Shown one piece after another: positions 41,034 to 53,894 of a stretch of DNA of 64,000 nt. The notes beneath the pieces were generated by a model. The model was not told the origin of the DNA. It did not search any database and saw nothing but the letters and a program-made list of their open reading frames with translations. The position numbers and the translations under genes were made by a program. Source of the stretch: Eledone cirrhosa (Eukaryota); contig OZ024742.1 of NCBI GenBank assembly GCA_964016885.1, positions 105,214,001 to 105,278,000 of the forward strand, in the 5' to 3' direction. The stretch's first letter is position 1. Every line of letters begins with the position of its first letter.

Positions 41034-41365
41034 CCCATTCGACACGAGAGTGCAAGAGAAGGAGAGGGAGAAAATTAACCGATACCAGGACTTAAAGTGG
41101 GAGGTAAAAAGGATTTGGAACTGCCATGAAGTCAAAGTGGTCCCGATTGTCATAGGCGCACTAGGTACTATCTCAAAAAGTTTCCAGGGATGGTTAAAGG
41201 AAATTGACCCGCCCCGCTTTTTGGAACACTTCAAAAGGTATGCTTGCTGGGAACAGCAAGAACCCTCCGATACGTCCTGAATATCTGAGGCTGCAGGTAG
41301 TGGCTTGATATTCATTTCAACAAACTTTCCAGTTAACTAACATCAGTGACTGAGACTCAAAGAAC
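41033..41365 (+). mobile_element. 3' fragment of an R4/Dong-like (restriction-like endonuclease) non-LTR element in a (TAA)n tract
   Basis: PFDTRVQEKEREKINRYQDL...VVPIVIGALG motif, with (AAT)n on both sides. Confidence 0.8.
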
Positions 41366-41369
41366 AATA

Positions 41370-41399
<30 letters not shown>

Positions 41400-41400
<1 letters not shown>

Positions 41401-42042
41401 GTTTCTACTTTTGGCACAAGGCCAGCAATTATCCCAGTGTATTACTGGTACTTTATTTTTATCGACCCCGTAAGGATGAAAGGCAAAGTTAACCTCGGCA
41501 GGATTTAAACTCAGTCCGTAAAGGGACATAACTGTGCTGCAAAGCATGGCGTCCGACCCTCTACCGATACTGCCAATCCAATAATCAGAATAATAATGAT
41601 GATAATAACAATTTTCTAACAGTCACAGGAACTCAAATTGTAGAGGGAGAAAATAGTTAAGAACGACCTACATATTTTATCCACTCAATAAGGATGAAAT
41701 GGAAAGTCGCCCTTCAACTTCTGAACGATTTAACTCATAATTGTAAAGTGACGTAAGTAAATATTATAAGACTTGCCGGCCAGGTGCCATCAAAAAACGG
41801 CTAATTGTAATATGTATACATAATATAACAAAAGAGATGTTTGTTCCTTCGCACTCACACAAGTGATACAAACATTTCAATAATAATTGTTTCTACTTTT
41901 GGCACAAGGCCAGCAACTATCCGTAAGGATGAAAGGCAAAGTTAACCTTGGCAGGATTTGAACTCAGACCATAAAGAGCCGTAACTCTTTGCTATAAAGC
42001 ATGGCGTCAGACCCTCTACCGATACTGCCAGTCCACTGCCTT
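41400..42042 (-). mobile_element. Two young SINEs (41400-41580 and 41880-42042) just downstream of the polyQ exon
   Basis: SINE consensus motifs. Confidence 0.88.
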
Positions 42043-42162
42043 AGAAACACATATATTTTCTCTTTCTCTCACACACACACACACACACACACTCACACAC
42101 GAATTCAAACACAAAAGCAAGAAAAAATTTACCAATTTATTAAATTTTGAACAGATACTTAC

Positions 42163-42251
42163 CGTTATTCTCACGAGAACCTGTAGAGGAAGTGGACTGA
42201 AGGAACTGGTTTTGGATTCTAGAATGATCTTGTAACTGTTTTTGATGCTGC

Positions 42252-42288
<37 letters not shown>

Positions 42289-42377
42289 TCTGATGGTGGT
42301 GGTGATGATGGTGGTGGTGGTGATGGTGATACATATGTTGGAGCCGTTTTTGTTGTTGCTGCTGTTGGGTCTGTTGT

Positions 42378-42408
<31 letters not shown>

Positions 42409-42505
42409 TCTGTTGGTGCTGCTGCTGATTCTGTTGTTGGTGCTGCTGCTGATTCTGTTGTTGGTGCTGCAGCTGCTGTTGGTGTTGTTGCTGCTGTTGT
42501 TGTTG

Positions 42506-42562
<57 letters not shown>

Positions 42563-43215
42563 CTGTTGGTGTTGCTGCTGCTGAATCATACTTAAATCTT
42601 TGAAGTCTTCAAGGTTCATCTGTTGTTGAAACTGTTCAATAGGTGGAGCAGGTGGTGGTGGCAGAGGGGGTAAACTGGGTTGTCGGTTCTGTGTTGGGTG
42701 TATCACGGCTATCTGTCGCACGAGCTCATTGGATATTATGTCTGAAGAGGAAGAAGATGATGGGCTTGGCAGAGCTTGAGGGTTCTGCATGGTGGGCGAT
42801 GGAGTTAGTGACTGAGTCACCTGTTGATGCTGCTGTGGCGATACCTGAGAAGTATTTGGTGAAACTTGACGAATGGCAACGGTGTCGTTGCTGATATGCA
42901 TTGAGTGATGTGGGGACAGCATTGGCTGCAGGTGCATCTGATGCTGTTGGGGGGGAAACTGCTGTATTGATTGCAAGTGTTGCATTGATGCCAGGGAGGA
43001 TTGTTGTTGCTGTTGCTGTTGTTGTTGTTGTTGTTGTTGCTGTTGCTGTTGCTGTTGTTGTTGTTGTTGTAGAGAAGTAACTGCATTCTGGATTGATGGC
43101 AGGCATTGATGGAGCTGGGCTGATGAAGTTTGAGAATCCATGGCACTTTGTACTGGATTTGAGGTCAGCTGAGACTCGTCTTTGATTTTCATATCAGGAA
43201 TCTTTGATTTGTTAT
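42163..43215 (-). CDS. RAR: RAR N-terminal polyQ/polyH/Pro-Ser-rich exon (351 codons)
   Basis: Long ORF 42140..43225. Phase-1 donor G|gtaagt joins in frame to 28156. Acceptor ttctctctcatgatgacag| at 43216-43217; alternatively translation starts at ATG 43225. Confidence 0.85.
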
Positions 43216-43294
43216 CTGTCATCATGAGAGAGAATCATGGATTAAACATAATAAAATACAAATATAAAGATCAAATATATAATAAAATACTTAC

Positions 43295-43346
43295 ATAGAG
43301 CAACAGCAGCCCGAGTGTGTTGGGTCTTCATTGATTCATTATGCAT
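43295..43346 (-). CDS. RAR: Candidate alternative first coding exon: MHNESMKTQHTRAAVAL
   Basis: ATG-initiated, ends T|gtaagt in phase 1. A 79-nt intron joins it in frame to 43215. Confidence 0.45.
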
Positions 43347-44729
43347 AATATCATTTCTTATTAGAAACTAAATAATTAAAGGGCTATGTTTTAAGTTTTT
43401 AAGAGCAACATTCCACATGGATTATGGCAGCATTTTTGCAAAGTTCAGTTGTTACACAGCCTCATTCTCTCTTAAGAATAAACAAATAGGTCCTAATATT
43501 ATTACATAATATAGGGTTTTCACTGTGTCTCAGCCTCACCCTACACTCATCATCATAAAGAACATTTGAAAAGAGGTGTTGCACACATGCCATAAAAATA
43601 TTGGAGTTGAAATGTTACCATTGAACACCAATTTAGTAGAGCACAGTTGAAATGTGCAATAGTAAAGAACAACTCTCTTGCATAATTTGTGTACCATGCG
43701 TGATGGTGATGTCAAAACTATCATGACAAAGTGGAGTAAACTTTATATTGATTAGGTCTTCAAATTCCACCAATGTCAACTTTAAATTTCATTCTTCTGG
43801 TGTCAAATTCACTAAACTTGCTAGCAGGGAAAGCAGACATTAAAGCAACTATGACGATCATGATGAAACTCACCCAACTCAAAATCTATGGTATTGTGCC
43901 AATGTTACCGCCACTATTACTACTGAGTGTGATGATACATAAGAGTGGTAACAAAATTTAAAAAACAGTCACTGAAGAGGTCACAGAATGTGTGTGTGAC
44001 AAAAGAGCTTTGACAATATATAAACAACCATCTGGTTATTGAACCAACCAACAGGTGCATGTGTTTTTATTGGCAACTTGAACCTCCCAAAGTATAATAA
44101 TAATATATATATATATATAAAACGTAAGAGAAACACAAACATAAAGACAAGGACAATTCCCGCTCGCCGGCTGTCTTCTGTGGATCACTGATGTTTCGAA
44201 TGCATTAAAGACAGTACATCTCACCACAATGCGTTCATAACTAAGAGGGATAGCTGGGGGGGATATATATACACACACACAAAATTAAAAATAGAGTATT
44301 CAAGTGTAGTGTAATGTGTGTGTGTACAATGTACACATCCTCAATTAACACACGAGTTTCATGAAAGAATTATAAACCTAATCAATCTTCAGATGATATA
44401 AAACCAACAACATCTCAGCATACATTTGTGGAAGTTAACTCATATTATATCATTTAAAGATTGTTTAAACTTTCAACACTCATACATTTACTATTTCAAA
44501 CATTATCACGTTTTTACATCCACTTTTCCATACAGGTTGGATGGAAATGTTTTGAGACAATACTTTACAGTTTACTCTAAAAACCTGGACATGTATATAG
44601 AAATGAGAAACTCAGTAAAGACTTATGAAATGTTAGGTTTCTATAAAATAAAATATATAACTGCTTTTAGTATTAAGTATTCCCTTTTCTCCTCCTTGTA
44701 CATACACATGTGTATGTGTGTATATAAAT

Positions 44730-44760
<31 letters not shown>

Positions 44761-45258
44761 CATATGATGATGGTAATAATGTTATACACAGAGACACACA
44801 CATAAACACAAAAGGAGATACACATGTATAAATATAATACATATGAATTTCAACAGCAATAAATAGTGACTAATTAGTAGTATTTACAATTTACAATCAT
44901 TACTTGGATTCTCAGGAGCTTATTTCTCTTCGTGGAGCAAAGAATGTCATTAGCAACAGCTTATAGGATTCTAAACAACACTTCACATTAGAAAAAGAGC
45001 CAAAATTAGACAGCAAACAATATTTCTTATTTGTTCAGTAATTCATTTCATTCTGTTTTTGTTTTAGTCTTAGTTTATTTTGCTATTTATCTTGTTGGGG
45101 TGGGTGGGGCGGAGTTTTAATGTGGAAAGAAAAAAGAAAGAAAAGAAAAGTATAGCAAAATAGAAAGTAAATAAATTTAAATAAAAAGAGGAAATAAAGC
45201 AAAAAATATATAAAGCAAGGAAACTGAGAATAGAAACATTAAGGAAACAAGACAAATA

Positions 45259-45277
45259 GTGTGTGTGTGTGTGTGTG

Positions 45278-45361
<84 letters not shown>
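45259..45361. repeat. (GT)n(AT)n compound microsatellite
   Basis: Seen directly in the sequence. Confidence 0.95.
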
Positions 45362-45362
<1 letters not shown>

Positions 45363-48263
45363 CAAATTATTTAAACAGTGTAAAAATTAGGAATCAATAA
45401 AGAATCTTTTAGATGAATTGTAAATTTACGTTACCACCACTACTACTACTACTGCTTTTGCTGCAAATAGTCATTAATAATACTCCCACCACAGCAGCTA
45501 TTATCATTAATACTTGCAGCTAACAAGAAAAACAACACTTGACACCATCCCCACTACCACTACAGATACTATAATACTTGTAACCCACCACCACCATTAT
45601 AGTATAGTATCAAAATATCTAGATCCCACTCCTCATACCAGGTCATCACTCTATCATGTCAGTAGCTACATTCATTAAAATCTTTGGCTAAATGGCTATG
45701 GTCTCAAGTTCAAATCCACTAGATCTATGATAAAAGGTATTTTAACCTTGACTATAACCATTTTTTTCACCCTTTTGATACCAAACTGCCTGAAAGCATA
45801 AGACTACTTATTTTTAAATAATTATATTAATCTAATCACTTTCCCTCATATTTTATTACATATCTTTAATAGGGAGAAAATTAGTTATAATACTCAATCC
45901 CTTTAAATTTTTGATTATTTTCAAAACTAAATCATCATAATTTTATTTAGAATCGTTTTTAAGTTATGTTCCAAACATCAACTTAACAGTAAGCAAGTTA
46001 GTTATACCATTAAATCCCTTTAAATTTTGATTATTTTCAAAATTAATAAAAACATAGACTGTGTCATTTAAAAGAAATTTGATAACAAAAAGGCTAAAAA
46101 GCTTCAGATGAATGGTGGCTTGGTAGAAATGTATTGTCTTATTTTTTTCATTCTCTACATTCTTAGTCCAAATCCCACCACAATCTGCTTTACCATTTTG
46201 TACATCACATTTCATAAAATAGGTATAGGGTTGGCTAAAAGTTACGTTAGTAGTTGAAAAAATATTATTTCATTAAGTGACTACATAAAACAGCTATCAG
46301 CTTTTAAATGGTAGCATGGGTTTTGATCCAACATGTACAAGTGGTATAGTGAGAGTATAGTGGGAGAGTTGATTCAATAACTAAACCTACTCCCTTACAA
46401 ATTTATGGCTTTTTATCCATGTAAGAAATGATCATCATTTAACATCCATCTGTTTTTCCATGATAGCATAGTTTGGATAGTCATCATAATCATTACCTTT
46501 CAATGTCTATTTACAAGCTTGCATGAGTTACATGAGTTGTAAAGCTGTGAGGGTAGACAGGTCAGGTAACTATGCCTGGCTTATATGTTTCATTTTTAGC
46601 TTAGTTATCTACAGCTGAGTATCCCTTCCTACTTTCTAACTACTTTATATACTAGGAAAATGTTTTGTGGCACCAGCACTAGCAGCTTTACAGGGTAACA
46701 CAACCTCATTGTTAGATTAATATTTGTAGAGAGATAGGTTAACTTAGTGAATAATGTATAGGGTTAACAATTCATGGATATTCAATTGAAATCCACTCTA
46801 GGTGTTTCAGTGTGTTTCATTGGGGCAAGACATTTTATTTCACATGCCACAATTTATTTGGGGAAGAAGGGATAGCAAAACCTATGAGAAATGTAACCAG
46901 ATTAAATAAATTGATATCAAGAAGAATGATGAGGGTGACAAAAATGGCACTGCCAGCAGCAATGCCATGTAGTATTTAGCTCTATTCCTCTACATTTGTG
47001 CATTTGTAAGATCAGATGTTTAATATTTTACAATACCAAGGTCTCCCTATATTTATTTCTGCAAAAAGAGAAGAAACTGAATTTCTTCTTAACTATGTAC
47101 AGGGACCCATTTGTCAGAAGAGAACAGAAGCTTTTCCCAAAAATTTATAGGATCCACAAATCTGGTGCTTCTCTGCAACATTAGATGGATGTGAGATAAA
47201 TCTTCTCTTATCACATGCAGCTTTTCTTGCAGAAAGAATTTGAACTCAGTACTGCATGCCAACAAATCGACTTGTTAACCCTTTCAATTATTATATTTTT
47301 AATGAAAGACACTGCTCATGGTTTTCAAATAATTTTGAAAATAATTTTTAAAAAATTTGATGGATTTAGTAACATAACTAACTTTCTCGTTATTAAACTG
47401 GCATTTGGAACATAACAAAAATAGTTATATAATGGAAAGTTTTTAGATAAAGATAAACACTACAATATACAGTTTTGTAATGTTGAACCAGGGATGTATT
47501 CAGGTGGCTTGATATCAAAAGATTAATTACAAAGTGTTGATTATCATTACCTAAATTGGTGAATTTATACCACTCTTTGTTGAATTGGTACAATTAGAGC
47601 ACTGGATTATATGTCTTAGGTTATTCCTTCCAGCCTTTTGCATTTAAACCTTTGTAACAATCAACTTTATCTTTCAGGACTGATAAATACATTACCAGTG
47701 AAGGGTGGTGAATTGAGTGAATCGTTAGAGCATCAGACAAGATGTCTTACAGAATCTGTTCTCATTCTGTTCATTTAGAGTTAAAACTCCATCCCATGTC
47801 ATAAAAAAAAGTAATGATTCGAGAGAACTGGGGGGGTCCCTATCATTAAAACACTCATGAAACCCACTATCAGATGCAAACCACTTTGGTGGTACTGTCT
47901 ATTGACAGCTAAGTGTTTTGGTAATGGACATAATACACCATATACAATTACTAACAAGCACCCTAGGCCCAATACCCTGATGACTTAGCCAGTCATCTAT
48001 CCAATCAATTCATCAACATCATCATCATCATCATCATTTAATGTCTGCTTGCTTCCCTTGCTAGCAAGTGTTGGATGGATCGTCGACAGACCAAGTTAAT
48101 ACTCAAAGTCGAGCTACCGACTCCATGGATGATCCGAGAGCCTGCATCTCACTTACATATATTCCCACACTCTACCGAGCACTCAGATAGGCTGGCAGCA
48201 GGCAACTTACATACAATCTCTTGTTCTACTAAATGCATTTTATCATAATACCAGCACTTAGAG

Positions 48264-48572
48264 CAGCGTTTCTCAACCGGTGTTCCCTGGAACCCTAGGA
48301 TTCCGCGAGAACCAGTGATAAATAAACTAATGTATTTTAAAAAGTAATTTTTGTTTAATTTTATATTCGTAATTTTACTATACATTTACGGCATATTGTC
48401 GGAAAATCCTTGTTTATTTTAAGAAAGGCTTCAACCTCTTATATTATTTAAAACTAGGTCAATATAAGAGATAGATATTAATAATGGTATATAATAATTT
48501 TTATGTAGGGGTTCCCTGAGACATGAACCTATTTCAAGAGTTCCACAAGGGTAAAAAGGTTGAGAAACGCTG
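48264..48572. mobile_element. Complete hAT (Charlie-like) MITE, 309 bp
   Basis: Perfect 15-bp TIR CAGCGTTTCTCAACC. 8-bp TSD ACTTAGAG at 48256-48263 and 48573-48580. Confidence 0.93.
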
Positions 48573-48740
48573 ACTTAGAGGGAAGGGATATCATGTTTTT
48601 GACACAGCTGAAGAGTCCTTCCTATTGCCAACCAACTTATAGAGTGGAGTGTACTGGGTGTATTTATCATATAAATCACCAACACTAGATTAAAAAATGT
48701 CTCCAAGAAGAAGAAGATCTCTAGATAAGTATGTACTTAC

Positions 48741-48835
48741 TTGATGGTGTAGTAGACACAGTTGAAGTTTGACCAGAACCATTATTTAAATCTGGTATGT
48801 CATCAAGGTCATTACACAGCATGTTGCATATATCA
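48741..48835 (-). CDS. RAR: Candidate RAR N-terminal exon: DICNMLCNDLDDIPDLNNGSGQTSTVSTTPS
   Basis: ttttcttcatttgccag| acceptor and A|gtaagt donor. Open frame, phase 2-1, compatible with both 43215 and 28156. Confidence 0.65.
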
Positions 48836-49987
48836 CTGGCAAATGAAGAAAATAACAATTTACAATTGAAATCTCTTCCCTAAACTCTTACAAAATGTTT
48901 CCACATATTCATGGAAAACATATTGTAATTGATATTGGCAAAGATCTTATGGTCTACCTATAGGTGCGTGTGTGTGTCCCACACACATATACACAATTAT
49001 ATACATATAAACACACATACAATCATATTTCTTTTATAAACAGTCGATTTTTAGAAGCCTTGCGAGAGTTACAATTCTTTTTGAAAATTAGGATTAACTT
49101 AGTTACAATGCTCATTTTTAACTATGAAAAATAATCAAAGTTGAGTAAATAAGCCCTTGAAGACAATAAAAGTGAACAGCACCACCTGTGGGACTCAAAC
49201 TCACACCTTCCATACAACCATATGTATGTGCAACCATTATACCAAGGTGGAGTTGACCACTCCTTTCTGCTTTTTTAAAGCTTTTTATCAATCAGCAAAT
49301 TAGATCAGAAAACAAATGTCTGGTCTGAGTGATAATTATTGTTTGCGTCTTAGTCAGAGGTGGCAGGGCAACACCCATGTCTCTTTTCAGATTGGAAGGA
49401 GGAAGTTATCTCTAACCTTTTCATTATTGTATTTCTAATGAAATACACTGCCTATATGCTTCAATTAATTTTGAAAATAATCAAGATTTGGAGGAATTTA
49501 ATAAAATAAAGTGTTTCATTAGTAAGTTGATATTTAGAGCATTACATAACAATTTCTAAAATAAAATTATGCTGGAAGATTTAAATATTAGGATAAACAT
49601 TTAAAAATTAGCTGTTTTGTATCATAAGGCCAGTTTTAGATAGGATGATATTAAACTTGAAATCGAGCCTGAATACTTGCAACAGAGTGGACTCCACAAA
49701 TGCTCCCAATGATCAGATTGTGGAGTTAAACAGGGCAGCCGATTAAGTCTAATAGCCAAAGTAGACCATCACATACAAACCAACTACCAAACCTTACAAG
49801 GCACTGGTCAATGCAAGACCATGGTTGCAGACACCCACTGAAAGCACCACACAGAGAAATATAGCCACAAAGCAAACCCCCCAAGCACATAGTCATGCTT
49901 ATACTTCATGAACCAGTTATGAAATTTGAAAACAAACAATTTGATATTGCTTCCAAATGAGCTGACTCACTTCATGGCAACAGCTAT

Positions 49988-50056
49988 GTACAGTCGCTGC
50001 CCACACATCATCATCTTCGTTTAACATCTATGATGATGTGTGGGCAGCGACTGTAC
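49988..50056. repeat. Perfect inverted repeat (27-bp arms, 15-nt loop)
   Basis: gtacagtcgctgcccacacatcatcat and its exact reverse complement. Confidence 0.95.
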
Positions 50057-51568
50057 CCAACATACAGATTGTATTTCTGATCAGACTTTATTCTTCCTCA
50101 AATATGTACCATTTTGGTGCTGCAGCCAAATACAGAACATGCAAACTTAATGACAAGGCTACAAATTCTTTAGAGTGAATGAGAGAAGATGTCATTTAGT
50201 GTGAGTGAGGACTGAAAATCTATGCATGGATGTGAGTGTGTGCATGAATGAGTAAATGTGTGTGTGTGAATAAATGTAAGATTGGGTGAATGTGTGTGGA
50301 GTATGAGTAGGAATCATGGACTGAGTGTGCAAGTGAGTGTACATGCAGCAGATTGTGAGTAAAGGGTTGATCGTGTGCAGACAAACTGTAGGACAGGTAA
50401 ATAGTTTAGGGGTTATGTTTCAGGGCCCAAATATGCAACTTTTCTATTTATTCTTCCAGAATCAATATAATATAAATAGCAATAATGTAAATGGCCACCT
50501 TGGTGAAGTTCTAAGCTCATTTGATCAAACTCAGAAGGACAATAGGACGAATGCCTAAGAAATGCCATCCATATGTCACTACGTAACTCCTACAACTCCA
50601 CTAGGAGTTTCAGGTTCATACATAAATACATAATACAAATTTGGACAATATGTGACAGGGAACTTTTGACAACATAAACCATTTAATGTAATTCTTGGCA
50701 ACACCATAGCCACTAGAGATATATGTTTATTAAACCTTTTGTTACTATATGTCTAATGAAATACACTATGTATGTGTTTCAATTAATTTTTTAAATCATC
50801 AAAAATTTGGGGGAATTTAATAAAGTTTCATCTTCTCATTAAGCTTGTGTTTGGAACATTATTTAACAAAAAATTCTACAAAGCAAATTTGATTCAAGGT
50901 TTAAATATAAATACAAATATTTTAAAAATTAAGGAGCTTTGTATCATAAAACCAGGTGGTTTGGTATCAAAGGAGCTGCCCCCGCCCCCTGGCGGGGAGG
51001 GGCACATTTTTTTTATATATTATATTTTGTTGTTATTATTTAAATATTGATTTCTGATGTAGGCACAAGGTTAGCAAATTTGGGAGAAGAGCAATGTTAA
51101 TTAAATCAACCCCAATCTTTCACTGGAATTTATTTTATCAACTCCGGAAGGTAAAGTTAACCTTGATCGGGCTTAAATGTGAAGAGCCAGAGGCATTTTA
51201 TCCAACACACTATCAATTCTACTAATCCATCACCCCTTGTTTAAATATTAAGATGTGAACCAGATAACAGAAACATTTAAGAAATAGATCTGTGAATGTG
51301 CATGGAATAGGGAATACCTGAACAACAGACACTATCGTGTGGAGTCTTTGCCTGCTAGTCCCAAGGTTGGGATGGCCTATCAGATATCTATCAGTTTGTT
51401 AATGGTATAAAAAATAACAAAAACAGAATACACAATAAACTAAGATGTATCATAACCACCCACAGAATGAAATTCTTGAGTCAGTATTGATTAGTAAAAA
51501 AAGAAACCCACACATACCCACAATTATATGTATATCATCATCACCATTGCTGTCTGTTTTTCAATACA

Positions 51569-51613
51569 TGTGTGTGTGTGTGTGTGCGTGTGCGTGCGTG
51601 CGTGCGTGCGTGC

Positions 51614-51655
<42 letters not shown>
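51569..51655. repeat. (GT)n/(GCGT)n microsatellite
   Basis: Seen directly in the sequence. Confidence 0.95.
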
Positions 51656-51660
<5 letters not shown>

Positions 51661-53868
51661 TCATCATCATCCTTTTATTGTCTGTTTTTACTGTGCTTGC
51701 ATGGGTTGGACAAATGTTTTCCAGCACAGTCTCCTTCCCCATGCTGTATTTCAATTGCCATCATCTCTGCAGTTCAGCGTTTTCAGATCCACTCTCAACA
51801 CATACATATCCATGTATAAGTCATACCTTTATTTTACATATAACATACATAATATATCATATATTTTGAACTGAGGTTTAGTAGGACCAGTAAATCACAT
51901 GTTAGTTGTTCAGTTCATATTTTCATGGAAAAGGATGGAAATTATACAAATACATGTGTTCATATAATGTATGTATATGACTACTGAGTTGCGAACAATA
52001 CCATTTATACAGGACACAATGAAATGTCACCACTTGGTAGTTTCATATGTGAAACGAAACACGCATGCACACACACATCAGCATTATCATTTAATGAATG
52101 TGTCAGTACTCAGATGGATCAGAGACCAGCTTCTCATTTACATGTGCTCCCACACTCTATTACATACATTCCCATGCCCTATTTGGTGAATTTTATCATG
52201 GCACTGCACTAAGGACAGTGCCATGATTTTGATATAGCTGAAGCATCCTCTCGATCCTTTGTTTGGCAGTTTCTCTATGGCTGGATGCCCTCCCTATCAC
52301 CAGCCATGTTATAGAGTATACTGGGTGCATTTATCATGTAGATCACTAACGCCAGGCAGATAGTCATGTATTTATTTATATATAAACATATAGTATATAC
52401 TTTCATATACACATCTATTATAATACACGGAAACTAAGAATATATTTTTGTAAGTACTCAAAGTTTCATAGTGATATGAAAGTAAATACTAAATATGTAT
52501 TTGTTTTTTTATACACCTCTAATATACTTAAATGCTGTTTTAGTGTTACTACCATCCTCTTTCATCCACACTAATGCCTTTTATTTTTCCAAGTTCATTG
52601 AGAATTTCTGGTTTTGTTTGTTCTATCTTATCTTTATGCTCATGAATAAACGTACAGTAGTCCCCCTGGTATTCACGAGGATTACGTTCCTAAAGTACCG
52701 CGAATATTGGACACGGTACACAAAAATGCCCTATAAATGTCAAAATATAATTTTTTTTTAAATATGGTATATTGTTGTTAATAATTTATTAATATATTTG
52801 AGACCATATCAATTTTGCATTTTTTTTTTGTTTTGTTTTTTTGTGGAACTGATCTGGTTTTCCATTCAATTTGTAACCTATGCAACCCTCTCCTGCTAGA
52901 TAGAGTAACCAACTCTTCCTCAAATTATGTCCTATCATCTTTAAAATCCTTGTTTAACATTCATTTTCTCATACCAGTCCGAGGCATGAGGGGGGGGGGG
53001 TGTACAAGCCATCACCCATCATGTTAGTCTTTCAGCATGTCTCACAGATTTCTTGATATCTTTTCCCACATGTTCTCTTCACTAACAGTTAACAACTATT
53101 TAACTCCTTTGTTACATTATTTGTAATGAAAACATTACGTATAATTTTGAAAATAATCAAGAATTTGGAGGGATTTAGTAATATAACTATCTGATTAATA
53201 AGGTGGTGGATTGGCAGTATCATTAGTGCATTGGATGAAAGGCATTACAATATTTCATTACGTTCTGAGTTCAAATCTCACTGCAGGCAACTTTGCCTTT
53301 CATTTTCTGGGTTCAATAAAATAAAATACTAATAAAGTACTGGGGTCAATTTACCTGACTTTCCTCTCCCCCAATCTTGATGGCCTTGTACTTATGTTAG
53401 AAACAATTATTAAGCTTGTGTTTGTAGTATAACTTAACAAATCTTCTTACATCAAATTATGACAGCGGGTTTTAGATAAATATAAACACTAAAATAAGGG
53501 GCTTAATATCATGGAACCAGGGACAATTTTGTGTAGGTATCTAAAGGCTCAATTGTTATAGCAGAAGCAGCAATGTTTATAGAATAAGTAGTAATAGTAG
53601 AAGTGGTGGTGGTAATAATAGCAACTAGAAGTTAAGTAAGTTTACACAACAACAGTGGTGAAGGAGGAAAGCAACAAAGGCACCTATACGGATTTGGCAA
53701 CAACAACAATAGCAACAATAACATTGACAAAAGCATCAATCCTTGGATCATGGCAAACAAAGATCTAAACAACAACAAAATCAACAACAATGACAACAGC
53801 AAAAGCAATAATGACCACAATAACAAAAGCAACAACAACAACAACAAAAGAGACAGTTGTATACTTAC

Positions 53869-53894
53869 TATGCTAATCCGAAATTTGCCTCCAT
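53869..53894 (-). CDS. RAR: Candidate start-codon exon: MEANFGLA(Y); whole exon possibly 53869-53995
   Basis: aggATGG Kozak context. TA|gtaagt phase-2 donor exactly complements the phase-2 acceptor at 48835. A pyrimidine-rich acceptor lies at 53996-53997. Confidence 0.55.

Noticed and set aside
42242-43146. PolyL, polyT and polyN ORFs in other frames
   Set aside because: They are shadow frames of the CAG/CAA polyQ exon.
49180-49250. tRNA-like sequence on the minus strand, and the tRNA-like SINE heads elsewhere
   Set aside because: Stems are degenerate and no intact cloverleaf forms; these are SINE or pseudo-tRNA relics.
52652-52760. Tigger/pogo-like terminal sequence (similar single ends near 21692 and 46225)
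   Set aside because: Only one end is recognisable, so the element cannot be delimited.
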